A stretch of DNA of 32,000 bases, taken from positions 4,620,001 through 4,652,000 of the forward strand of contig NZ_LN831024.1 in the NCBI RefSeq assembly GCF_001457615.1. Direction: 5' to 3'. This DNA comes from Pseudomonas aeruginosa (GTDB lineage Bacteria; Pseudomonadota; Gammaproteobacteria; Pseudomonadales; Pseudomonadaceae). Shown piece after piece: positions 23,720 to 32,000 of the stretch (the stretch's first letter is position 1; each line of letters opens with the position of its first letter). The position numbers and the translations under genes are program-made. The notes below the pieces were generated by a model. It was not told the origin of the DNA and did not search any database. It saw only the letters and a list, made by a program, of their open reading frames with translations.

Positions 23720-23740
23720 TCGACCCGAACAGCCAGTACC

Positions 23741-24463
23741 ATGACCCAGAACCCGCCCCCTCTCGAGATTGCCCATGACGACGGAGAGACCTTGTCGGAA
23801 CACGTCTTCCGCAAGATCCAGAGCGCCATCGTCAGCGGCGAGATCGCGCCGGGCAGCAAGATCTCCGAGCCGGAGCTGGCGCGCACCTACGGCATCAGCC
23901 GCGGCCCGCTGCGCGAGGCGATCCACCGCCTGGAAGGCCTGCGCCTGCTGGTGCGGGTGCCGCATGTCGGGGCGCGGGTGGTGTCGCTGAGCCACGCCGA
24001 GCTGATCGAGCTCTACGAGATCCGCGAGTCCCTGGAAGGCATGGCCTGCCGACTGGCCGCCGAGCGCATGAGCCAGGCCGAGATCGACGAGTTGCGCCGG
24101 GTGCTCGACACCCACGAGCGCGACGAGGCGTTCCAGGCCGGGCGCGGCTATTACCAGCAGGAAGGCGACTACGACTTCCACTACCGGATCATCCAGGGCA
24201 GCGGCAACGCCACTCTCACCCGCATGCTCTGCGGCGAGCTCTACCAACTGGTGCGGATGTACCGCATCCAGTACTCGACCACGCCGAACCGGCCGCGCCA
24301 GGCCTTCGCCGAACACCACCGCATTCTCGACGCCATCGCCGACCGTGACGGCGAACTGGCCGAGCTGCTGATGCGCCGCCACATCAGTGCGTCGCGCCGC
24401 AATATCGAGCGCCAGCTGGAACCCCAGCCGGCGAAGCTCGCCTCCGCTTCCTCCACCGTCTAA
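23741..24463 (+). CDS. prpR: GntR-family (FadR-subfamily, FCD domain) regulator of the methylcitrate operon
   Basis: 240 aa. [37 protein letters not shown] is the GntR wHTH, and the C-terminal helical region is FCD-like. It lies immediately upstream of prpB (10-nt gap). Confidence 0.88.
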   Translation: MTQNPPPLEIAHDDGETLSEHVFRKIQSAIVSGEIAPGSKISEPELARTYGISRGPLREAIHRLEGLRLLVRVPHVGARVVSLSHAELIELYEIRESLEGMACRLAAERMSQAEIDELRRVLDTHERDEAFQAGRGYYQQEGDYDFHYRIIQGSGNATLTRMLCGELYQLVRMYRIQYSTTPNRPRQAFAEHHRILDAIADRDGELAELLMRRHISASRRNIERQLEPQPAKLASASSTV

Positions 24464-24473
24464 GAGGTCCGTG

Positions 24474-25370
24474 ATGAGCCAGACGTCCCTTACCCCCGGC
24501 CAGCGCTTCCGCGAAGCCGTGGCCACCGAACACCCGCTGCAGGTGGTCGGCACCATCAACGCCAACCACGCCCTGCTGGCCAAGCGCGCCGGCTTCAAGG
24601 CCATCTACCTGTCCGGCGGCGGCGTCGCCGCCGGTTCCCTGGGCCTGCCGGACCTGGGTATCAGCGGCCTCGACGACGTGCTCACCGACGTGCGCCGGAT
24701 CACCGACGTCTGCGACCTGCCGCTGCTGGTGGACGTCGACACCGGCTTCGGCTCCTCGGCGTTCAACGTCGCCCGCACGGTGAAGTCGATGATCAAGTTC
24801 GGCGCCGCCGCGATGCATATCGAGGACCAGGTCGGCGCCAAGCGCTGCGGCCATAGGCCGAACAAGGAGATCGTCTCGCAGCAGGAGATGGTCGACCGCA
24901 TCAAGGCCGCCGTCGATGCCCGCAGCGACGACTCCTTCGTGATCATGGCGCGCACCGACGCGCTGGCCGTGGAAGGCCTGCAGGCCGCCATCGACCGCGC
25001 CTGCGCCTGTGTCGAGGCCGGTGCCGACATGATCTTCCCGGAAGCCATGACCGAACTGGCCATGTACAAGGAATTCGCCGCCGCGGTGAAGGTGCCGGTG
25101 CTGGCCAACATCACCGAGTTCGGCGCCACCCCGCTGTTCACCACCGACGAACTGGCCTCCGCCGACGTGTCCCTGGTGCTCTACCCGCTGTCGGCCTTCC
25201 GCGCCATGAACAAGGCGGCGGAGAACGTCTACACCGCGATCCGTCGCGACGGCACCCAGAAGAATGTGATCGATACCATGCAGACCCGCATGGAGCTGTA
25301 CGATCGCATCGATTACCACAGCTTCGAGCAGAAGCTCGACGCGCTCTTCGCGCAGAAGAAGAACGCCTGA
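24474..25370 (+). CDS. prpB: 2-methylisocitrate lyase
   Basis: 298 aa starting from [26 protein letters not shown] and the [12 protein letters not shown] catalytic loop are present. An AAGAGG RBS precedes the start. Confidence 0.95.
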   Translation: MSQTSLTPGQRFREAVATEHPLQVVGTINANHALLAKRAGFKAIYLSGGGVAAGSLGLPDLGISGLDDVLTDVRRITDVCDLPLLVDVDTGFGSSAFNVARTVKSMIKFGAAAMHIEDQVGAKRCGHRPNKEIVSQQEMVDRIKAAVDARSDDSFVIMARTDALAVEGLQAAIDRACACVEAGADMIFPEAMTELAMYKEFAAAVKVPVLANITEFGATPLFTTDELASADVSLVLYPLSAFRAMNKAAENVYTAIRRDGTQKNVIDTMQTRMELYDRIDYHSFEQKLDALFAQKKNA

Positions 25371-25462
25371 ACATCAAGCCCGGCGTGCGCCTGAGCGCCG
25401 GTCCGCAAACCCCGTGAAACCGAGTTGCAGCATCCAGAAAAAGTTCAAGAAAGGAGAGAGCA

Positions 25463-26590
25463 ATGGCTGAAGCAAAAGTACTGAGTGGCGCCGGCCTGCG
25501 TGGCCAGGTGGCCGGTCAGACAGCCCTGTCCACCGTCGGCCAGGAAGGCGCCGGCCTGACCTACCGTGGCTACGACGTCCGCGACCTGGCGGCGGCGGCG
25601 ATCTTCGAGGAAGTCGCCTACCTGCTGCTCTACGGCGAACTGCCGAACAAGCAACAGCTCGACGCCTACCTGAAGAAGCTCCAGGGCCAGCGCGACCTGC
25701 CGCAGGCGCTGAAGGAAGTTCTCGAACGGATTCCCAAGGACGCCCACCCGATGGACGTGATGCGCACTGGCGCCTCGGTCCTCGGCACCCTGGAACCGGA
25801 GCTGAGCTTCGACCAGCAGCGCGACGTCGCCGACCGCCTGCTCGCCGCCTTCCCGGCGATCATGACCTACTGGTACCGCTTCACCCACGAAGGCCAGCGC
25901 ATCGACTGCAACAGCGACGAGCCGACCATCGGCGGGCACTTCCTCGCCCTGCTCCACGGCAAGAAGCCCAGCGAGCTGCACGTGAAGGTGATGAACGTCT
26001 CGCTGATCCTCTACGCCGAGCATGAGTTCAACGCATCCACCTTCACCGCGCGGGTTTGCGCCTCGACCCTGTCCGACCTGTACTCCTGCGTCACCGGCGC
26101 CATCGGCTCGCTGCGCGGCCCGCTGCACGGCGGCGCCAACGAGGCGGCGATGGAACTGATCGAACGCTTCTCTTCGCCGCAGGAAGCCACCGCCGAGCTG
26201 CTGAAGATGCTCGAGCGCAAGGACAAGATCATGGGCTTCGGGCATGCCATCTACAAGGATTCCGACCCACGCAACGAAGTGATCAAGGGTTGGTCGAAGC
26301 AGCTCGCCGACGAGGTCGGCGACAAGGTTCTGTTCGCGGTTTCCGAGGCCATCGACAAGACCATGTGGGAGCAGAAGAAGCTGTTCCCCAACGCCGACTT
26401 CTACCACGCCTCGGCGTATCACTTCATGGGCATCCCGACCAAGCTGTTCACGCCGATCTTCGTCTGCTCGCGGACCAGCGGCTGGACCGCCCACGTCTTC
26501 GAACAGCGCGCCAACAACCGCATCATCCGCCCGAGCGCCGAGTACACCGGCGTCGAGCAGCGTGCGTTCGTGCCGCTGGAGCAACGCTGA
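25463..26590 (+). CDS. prpC: 2-methylcitrate synthase
   Basis: 375 aa of the citrate-synthase family (GPLHGGANE, GFGHAIYK, DPR). An AAAGGAGAGAG RBS precedes the start. Confidence 0.95.
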   Translation: MAEAKVLSGAGLRGQVAGQTALSTVGQEGAGLTYRGYDVRDLAAAAIFEEVAYLLLYGELPNKQQLDAYLKKLQGQRDLPQALKEVLERIPKDAHPMDVMRTGASVLGTLEPELSFDQQRDVADRLLAAFPAIMTYWYRFTHEGQRIDCNSDEPTIGGHFLALLHGKKPSELHVKVMNVSLILYAEHEFNASTFTARVCASTLSDLYSCVTGAIGSLRGPLHGGANEAAMELIERFSSPQEATAELLKMLERKDKIMGFGHAIYKDSDPRNEVIKGWSKQLADEVGDKVLFAVSEAIDKTMWEQKKLFPNADFYHASAYHFMGIPTKLFTPIFVCSRTSGWTAHVFEQRANNRIIRPSAEYTGVEQRAFVPLEQR

Positions 26591-26596
26591 TCCATG

Positions 26597-26631
26597 CCGT
26601 CCGGCGCGCCGAACGCGAGCGCGCCGGACGG
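26597..26631 (+). other. 13-bp perfect GC hairpin in the prpC-acnD spacer (no U-tract)
   Basis: CCGTCCGGCGCGC (26597-26609) and GCGCGCCGGACGG (26619-26631) flank a 9-nt loop. Confidence 0.6.
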
Positions 26632-26720
26632 TTGCCGCACCCAGAATTCGAAAGGCCGGCGTGGGCTGCGCCGCGGCGCGAGCGACACGCTTCCGAACAC
26701 CCCGTGATTGAGTCCGAGCC

Positions 26721-29327
26721 ATGAACAGCGCACACCGCAAACCGCTCCCCGGCACCCGCCTGGACTACTTCGACGCCCGCGAGGCGGTCGAGGCGATCCA
26801 GCCCGGCGCCTACGCCAAGCTGCCCTATACCTCCCGCGTGCTCGCCGAGAACCTGGTGCGCCGCTGCGACCCGGCGACCCTGGAGGCTTCGCTGCGCCAA
26901 CTGGTCGAGCGCAAGCGCGACCTCGACTTCCCCTGGTACCCGGCGCGGGTGGTCTGCCATGACATCCTCGGGCAGACCGCTCTGGTCGACCTCGCCGGCC
27001 TGCGCGACGCCATCGCCGACAAGGGCGGCGACCCGGCCCAGGTCAACCCGGTGGTGCCGGTGCAACTGATCGTCGACCACTCGCTGGCGGTGGAATGCGG
27101 CGGCTACGACCCCGAGGCCTTCGCCAAGAACCGCGCCATCGAGGACCGCCGCAACGAGGACCGCTTCCACTTCATCGACTGGACCAAGCAGGCCTTCCGC
27201 AACGTCGACGTGATCCCGCCGGGCAACGGCATCATGCACCAGATCAACCTGGAGAAAATGTCGCCGGTGATCCAGGCGCGCGACGGCGTGGCCTTCCCCG
27301 ATACCTGCGTGGGCACCGACAGCCATACCCCGCACGTCGACGCCCTGGGCGTGATCGCCATCGGCGTCGGCGGCCTGGAAGCGGAGAACGTGATGCTCGG
27401 CCGCGCCTCCTGGATGCGCCTGCCGGACATCGTCGGCGTCGAGCTGAGCGGCCGTCGCCAGCCGGGCATCACCGCCACCGACGTGGTGCTGGCCCTGACC
27501 GAGTTCCTGCGCAAGCAGAAGGTGGTCGGCGCCTACCTGGAGTTCTACGGCGAAGGCGCCTCCAGCCTGACCCTCGGCGACCGCGCGACCATCTCCAACA
27601 TGGCTCCGGAATACGGCGCCACTGCGGCGATGTTCGCCATCGACCAGCAGACCATCGACTACCTGCGCCTCACCGGCCGCGACGACGAGCAGGTCGCCCT
27701 GGTGGAGGCCTATGCGCGCACCGCCGGACTCTGGGCCGACAGCCTGGTCGACGCCGAGTACGAGCGGGTACTGAAGTTCGACCTGTCCAGCGTGGTGCGC
27801 AACATGGCCGGCCCGTCCAATCCGCACGCCAGGGTCGCCACCAGCGAACTGGCGGCGAAAGGCATCGCCGGCAACCTCGAGCGGGCCCGCGCCGAGGAAG
27901 CCGAGGGCCTGATGCCGGACGGCGCGGTGATCATCGCCGCGATCACCAGTTGCACCAACACCAGCAACCCGCGCAACGTGATCGCCGCCGGCCTGCTGGC
28001 GCGCAACGCCGACCGCCTCGGCCTGGTCCGCAAGCCATGGGTGAAGACCTCGCTGGCACCCGGCTCCAAGGTGGTCACCGAATACCTGCGCGAAGCCGGC
28101 CTGCTGCCGCACCTGGAAGCCCTCGGCTTCGGCGTGGTGGCCTACGCCTGCACGTCTTGCAACGGCATGTCCGGCGCCCTCGACCCGGCGATCCAGCAGG
28201 AGATCGTCGAGCGCGACCTGTACGCCACCGCGGTGCTCTCCGGCAACCGCAACTTCGACGGGCGCATCCACCCCTACGCCAAGCAGGCCTTCCTCGCCTC
28301 GCCGCCGCTGGTGGTGGCCTACGCCATCGCCGGGACCATCCGCTTCGACATCGAGCGCGACGTGCTCGGCGTGGTGGACGGCAAGGAGATCCGCCTGAAG
28401 GACCTCTGGCCGAGCGACGAGGAGATCGACGCGGTGGTCAGGGCGGCGGTGAAGCCCGAGCAGTTCCGCCAGGTCTACATCCCGATGTTCGACATCACCC
28501 ACGGCGAGCGCGAGAAGGTCGACCCGCTCTACGCCTGGCGCCCGACGAGCACCTACATCCGCCGCCCGCCGTACTGGGAAGGCGCCCTCGCCGGCGAACG
28601 CACCCTGCGCGGCATGCGCCCGCTGGCGGTGCTGCCGGACAACATCACCACCGACCACCTGTCGCCGTCCAACGCGATCCTCGCCGACAGCGCGGCAGGC
28701 GAATACCTGGCGAAAATGGGCCTGCCCGAGGAGGACTTCAACTCCTACGCCACCCACCGCGGCGACCACCTCACCGCGCAACGCGCGACCTTCGCCAACC
28801 CGAAGCTGTTCAACGAGATGGTGCGCAACGCCGACGGCAGCGTGAAGCAGGGTTCGCTGGCGCGGGTCGAGCCGGAAGGCAAGGTGATGCGCATGTGGGA
28901 AGCCATCGAGACCTACATGGAGCGCAAGCAGCCGCTGATCATCGTCGCCGGCGCCGACTACGGGCAGGGTTCTTCGCGCGACTGGGCGGCCAAGGGCGTG
29001 CGCCTGGCCGGGGTGGAGGCGATCGTCGCCGAGGGCTTCGAGCGCATCCACCGCACCAACCTGATCGGCATGGGCGTGCTGCCGCTGGAGTTCAAGCCGG
29101 GTACCACCCGCCTGACCCTGGGGATCGACGGCAGCGAGACCTTCGACGTGCTCGGCGCTCGCCGGCCGCGCGCCGACCTGACCCTGGTCATCCACCGGCG
29201 CGACGGGGAGCGGCTCGAAGTGCCGGTGACCTGCCGCCTGGACAGCGACGAGGAAGTCTCCATCTACGAAGCCGGCGGCGTACTGCAACGCTTCGCCCAG
29301 GACTTCCTGGAGGCGGCCGGCGCCTGA
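26721..29327 (+). CDS. acnD: Fe/S-dependent 2-methylcitrate dehydratase AcnD (aconitase family)
   Basis: 868 aa of the aconitase A-like family (DSHTP, ITSCTNTSNP and CTSCNG cluster-Cys motifs). It sits between prpC and prpF. Confidence 0.93.
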   Translation: MNSAHRKPLPGTRLDYFDAREAVEAIQPGAYAKLPYTSRVLAENLVRRCDPATLEASLRQLVERKRDLDFPWYPARVVCHDILGQTALVDLAGLRDAIADKGGDPAQVNPVVPVQLIVDHSLAVECGGYDPEAFAKNRAIEDRRNEDRFHFIDWTKQAFRNVDVIPPGNGIMHQINLEKMSPVIQARDGVAFPDTCVGTDSHTPHVDALGVIAIGVGGLEAENVMLGRASWMRLPDIVGVELSGRRQPGITATDVVLALTEFLRKQKVVGAYLEFYGEGASSLTLGDRATISNMAPEYGATAAMFAIDQQTIDYLRLTGRDDEQVALVEAYARTAGLWADSLVDAEYERVLKFDLSSVVRNMAGPSNPHARVATSELAAKGIAGNLERARAEEAEGLMPDGAVIIAAITSCTNTSNPRNVIAAGLLARNADRLGLVRKPWVKTSLAPGSKVVTEYLREAGLLPHLEALGFGVVAYACTSCNGMSGALDPAIQQEIVERDLYATAVLSGNRNFDGRIHPYAKQAFLASPPLVVAYAIAGTIRFDIERDVLGVVDGKEIRLKDLWPSDEEIDAVVRAAVKPEQFRQVYIPMFDITHGEREKVDPLYAWRPTSTYIRRPPYWEGALAGERTLRGMRPLAVLPDNITTDHLSPSNAILADSAAGEYLAKMGLPEEDFNSYATHRGDHLTAQRATFANPKLFNEMVRNADGSVKQGSLARVEPEGKVMRMWEAIETYMERKQPLIIVAGADYGQGSSRDWAAKGVRLAGVEAIVAEGFERIHRTNLIGMGVLPLEFKPGTTRLTLGIDGSETFDVLGARRPRADLTLVIHRRDGERLEVPVTCRLDSDEEVSIYEAGGVLQRFAQDFLEAAGA

Positions 29328-29386
29328 TGGCGCCGGCGAAACACCCTGGTAGGACGGACGACGCGTAGCGTCATCCGCCGACGACC

Positions 29387-29415
29387 GGCAGCGGCTGTCG
29401 AACGCAGCCGCTGCC
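29387..29415 (+). other. 11-bp hairpin in the acnD-prpF spacer, preceded by a REP-like imperfect palindrome (29348-29378)
   Basis: GGCAGCGGCTG (29387-29397) and CAGCCGCTGCC (29405-29415) form the hairpin. The upstream GGTAGGACGGACGACGCGTAGCGTCATCCGCC resembles Pseudomonas REP-type elements. Confidence 0.5.
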
Positions 29416-29445
29416 CCTGAATTCGATTGCCGAGGACGACGACGC

Positions 29446-30633
29446 ATGGCCCACCCACCCCAGATCCGCATCCCCGCCACCTACCTGCGCGGCGGCACCA
29501 GCAAGGGCGTGTTCTTCCGCCTGGAAGACCTGCCGGAATCCTGCCGGGTCCCCGGCGAGGCGCGCGACCGGCTGTTCATGCGGGTGATCGGCAGTCCCGA
29601 CCCCTATGCCGCGCACATCGACGGGATGGGCGGCGCCACCTCCAGCACCAGCAAGTGCGTGATCCTCTCGAAGAGCAGCCAGCCGGGCCATGACGTCGAC
29701 TACCTCTACGGCCAGGTCTCCATCGACAAGCCCTTCGTCGACTGGAGCGGCAACTGCGGCAACCTCTCCACCGGGGCCGGCGCCTTCGCCCTGCACGCCG
29801 GGCTGGTGGATCCGGCGCGGATACCGGAAGACGGCATCTGCGAGGTGCGCATCTGGCAGGCCAATATCGGCAAGACCATCATCGCCCACGTGCCGGTGAG
29901 CGGCGGCCAAGTCCAGGAAACCGGCGACTTCGAGCTGGACGGAGTGACCTTCCCGGCGGCCGAGATCGTGCTGGAGTTCCTCGACCCGTCCGACGACGGC
30001 GAGGACGGCGGCGCCATGTTCCCCACCGGCAACCTGGTGGACGATCTGGAGGTGCCGGGGGTCGGTACCTTCAAGGCGACCATGATCAACGCCGGGATTC
30101 CCACGGTGTTCGTCAATGCCGAGGAGATCGGCTACCGCGGCACCGAGCTGCGCGAAGAGATCAACGGCGACCCGCAGCAACTGGCGCGCTTCGAACGGAT
30201 CCGCGTCGCCGGCGCCCTGCGCATGGGCCTGATCAAGACCCCCGAGGAAGCCGCGACCCGCCAGCACACGCCGAAGATCGCCTTCGTCGCCCCGCCCCGC
30301 GACTACCGCACCGCCAGCGGCAAGCTGGTGGCGGCCGGCGATATCGACCTGCTGGTCCGCGCGCTGTCCATGGGCAAGCTGCACCACGCGATGATGGGTA
30401 CCGCGGCGGTGGCCATCGGCACCGCCGCAGCCATTCCCGGCACCCTGGTGAACCTCGCCGCCGGCGGCGGCGAACGCAGCGCGGTACGCTTCGGCCATCC
30501 CTCCGGCACCCTGCGAGTGGGCGCCGAGGCCAGCCAGGCGAACGGCGAATGGACGGTGACCAAGGCGATCATGAGCCGCAGCGCGCGAATCCTCATGGAA
30601 GGCTGGGTGCGCGTACCCGGCGACGCCTTCTGA
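29446..30633 (+). CDS. prpF: 2-methylaconitate cis-trans isomerase PrpF
   Basis: 395 aa. IPATYLRGGTSKGVFF and SGNCGN are PrpF/DapF-fold motifs. The gene follows acnD. Confidence 0.93.
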   Translation: MAHPPQIRIPATYLRGGTSKGVFFRLEDLPESCRVPGEARDRLFMRVIGSPDPYAAHIDGMGGATSSTSKCVILSKSSQPGHDVDYLYGQVSIDKPFVDWSGNCGNLSTGAGAFALHAGLVDPARIPEDGICEVRIWQANIGKTIIAHVPVSGGQVQETGDFELDGVTFPAAEIVLEFLDPSDDGEDGGAMFPTGNLVDDLEVPGVGTFKATMINAGIPTVFVNAEEIGYRGTELREEINGDPQQLARFERIRVAGALRMGLIKTPEEAATRQHTPKIAFVAPPRDYRTASGKLVAAGDIDLLVRALSMGKLHHAMMGTAAVAIGTAAAIPGTLVNLAAGGGERSAVRFGHPSGTLRVGAEASQANGEWTVTKAIMSRSARILMEGWVRVPGDAF

Positions 30634-30648
30634 ACCGACCTATCCTTG

Positions 30649-30680
30649 CCCCGGCCTTCCGCCACCGCGAAAGGCCGGGG
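30649..30680 (+). other. 10-bp hairpin after prpF (CCCCGGCCTT...AAGGCCGGGG), no U-tract
   Basis: The stem arms are 30649-30658 and 30671-30680, with a 12-nt loop. Confidence 0.5.
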
Positions 30681-30767
30681 CGTCTTGCAGCCACGACAAG
30701 AAAAACCATCCCCGAACCAGCCTGACCCGAGAGGAAACCCACCACTTACGAACCACTGGAGTACGCG

Positions 30768-32000
30768 ATGAGTGCCAACGTCGATCTCAACCAACGTCCC
30801 GACTACGACGCCGTCCTGCAGGACATCGCCGACTACGTGCTGGACTACCGCATCGATTCCACGGAGGCCCTGGACACCGCCCGCAACTGCCTGATGGATA
30901 CCCTCGGCTGCGGCCTGCTGGCGCTGCGCTTCCCGGAATGCACCAAGCACCTCGGCCCGCTGGTCGAGGGCACCCTGGTCCCGCACGGCGCGCGGGTGCC
31001 GGGCACCTCCTTCCGGCTCGACCCGGTCAAGGCCGCCTGGGACATCGGCTGCATCGTCCGCTGGCTGGACTACAACGACACCTGGCTGGCCGCCGAGTGG
31101 GGCCATCCCTCGGACAACCTCGGCGGCATCCTCGCCGTCGCCGACCACCTCTCGCAGAAACGCCTGGCCAACGGCGAAGCGCCGCTGAGCATGCGCCAGG
31201 TACTGGAAGCGATGATCATGGCCCACGAGATCCAGGGCGTGATCGCCCTGGAGAACTCGTTCAATCGCGTCGGCCTCGACCATGTGCTGCTGGTCAAGGT
31301 CGCGTCCACCGCCGTCTGCGCCAAGCTGATGGGGGCCGACCGCGAGCAACTGCTGGCCGCCCTCTCCCACGCCTTCGTCGACGGCCAGGCCCTGCGCACC
31401 TACCGTCACGCACCGAACGCCGGCTCGCGCAAGTCCTGGGCCGCTGGCGACGCGACGAGCCGCGGCGTGCGCCTGGCGGACATCGCCTTGCGCGGCGAGA
31501 TGGGCATCCCCGGCGTGCTCAGCGCGCCGCAATGGGGTTTCTACGATGTCCTGTTCAGCCACACCAGCAAGGACCTGGCGACCAAGCCCGAGGACAAGCG
31601 GCGCTTCAGCTTCCCCCAGGGCTACGGCAGCTACGTGATGGAAAACGTGCTGTTCAAGATCAGCTTCCCCGCCGAATTCCACGCGCAGACCGCCGCCGAG
31701 GCCGCCGTGCGCCTGCATCCGCTGGTGAAGGACCGCCTGCAACGGATCAGCCGCATCGTCATCACCACCCACGAGTCGGCGATCCGCATCATTTCCAAGG
31801 TCGGCCCGCTGGCCAACCCCGCAGACCGCGACCATTGCCTGCAGTACATGACCGCCGTGCCGCTGATCTTCGGCGACCTGGTGGCCGAGCACTACGAGGA
31901 CGCCTTCCACGCCGCCCACCCGCTGATCGACCGCTTGCGCGAGAAAATGGAGATCGTCGAGGAGCCGCGCTACAGCCGTGAATACCTGGAGGCGGACAAG
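30768..32000 (+). CDS. prpD: 2-methylcitrate dehydratase PrpD (3' end outside the window)
   Basis: The frame is open from ATG 30768 (CTGGAG RBS) to the window edge, 411 codons. It is absent from the ORF track because it has no stop. [24 protein letters not shown]...[10 protein letters not shown]...[23 protein letters not shown] is the MmgE/PrpD family. Confidence 0.93.
   Translation, partial: MSANVDLNQRPDYDAVLQDIADYVLDYRIDSTEALDTARNCLMDTLGCGLLALRFPECTKHLGPLVEGTLVPHGARVPGTSFRLDPVKAAWDIGCIVRWLDYNDTWLAAEWGHPSDNLGGILAVADHLSQKRLANGEAPLSMRQVLEAMIMAHEIQGVIALENSFNRVGLDHVLLVKVASTAVCAKLMGADREQLLAALSHAFVDGQALRTYRHAPNAGSRKSWAAGDATSRGVRLADIALRGEMGIPGVLSAPQWGFYDVLFSHTSKDLATKPEDKRRFSFPQGYGSYVMENVLFKISFPAEFHAQTAAEAAVRLHPLVKDRLQRISRIVITTHESAIRIISKVGPLANPADRDHCLQYMTAVPLIFGDLVAEHYEDAFHAAHPLIDRLREKMEIVEEPRYSREYLEADK

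Noticed and set aside
1-32000. I looked for CRISPR arrays, tRNA/rRNA genes, IS elements, integrases and long direct repeats marking island ends.
   Set aside because: No spaced direct-repeat array, cloverleaf-like segment, transposase or integrase-like ORF, or terminal inverted repeat was recognised by eye. The island boundaries of the left accessory segment therefore remain undefined.

Overview
High-GC Pseudomonas aeruginosa-type chromosomal segment. From memory it is colinear, in reverse orientation, with the PAO1 PA082x to PA0792 region; locus tags were not verified. No rRNA, tRNA, CRISPR array or IS element was recognised. The left ~3.3 kb looks accessory. It holds the 3' end of a PAAR-TTR type VI spike-tip gene, translationally coupled to a lower-GC PD-(D/E)xK / VRR-NUC-like toxin gene and a 362-aa putative immunity gene. 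A ~375-bp AT-rich ORF-free scar follows, then a HigB/RelE(Gp49)-XRE toxin-antitoxin pair and a start-less gene remnant. The rest looks like core genome: a VOC dioxygenase/LysR pair; a LysR-divergent uncharacterised cluster (RidA, class-V PLP enzyme, enlarged BKACE/DUF849 enzyme, MFS, L-2-haloacid dehalogenase); mntH; the AmpDh3 amidase with a downstream SRPBCC gene; a 617-bp ORF-free spacer with orphan terminators on both strands (candidate sRNAs); a DUF3649-PepSY-DUF3325-VOC-AKR string; an SNF2 helicase; a PmtA-like methyltransferase; and the methylcitrate locus prpR-prpB-prpC-acnD-prpF-prpD (prpD runs off the window). Most long ORFs in the six-frame track are antisense or out-of-frame artefacts of high GC. 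The best candidates for something new are the split PAAR-TTR / cargo nuclease / immunity module, the RidA-PLP-BKACE cluster and the orphan-terminator spacer.
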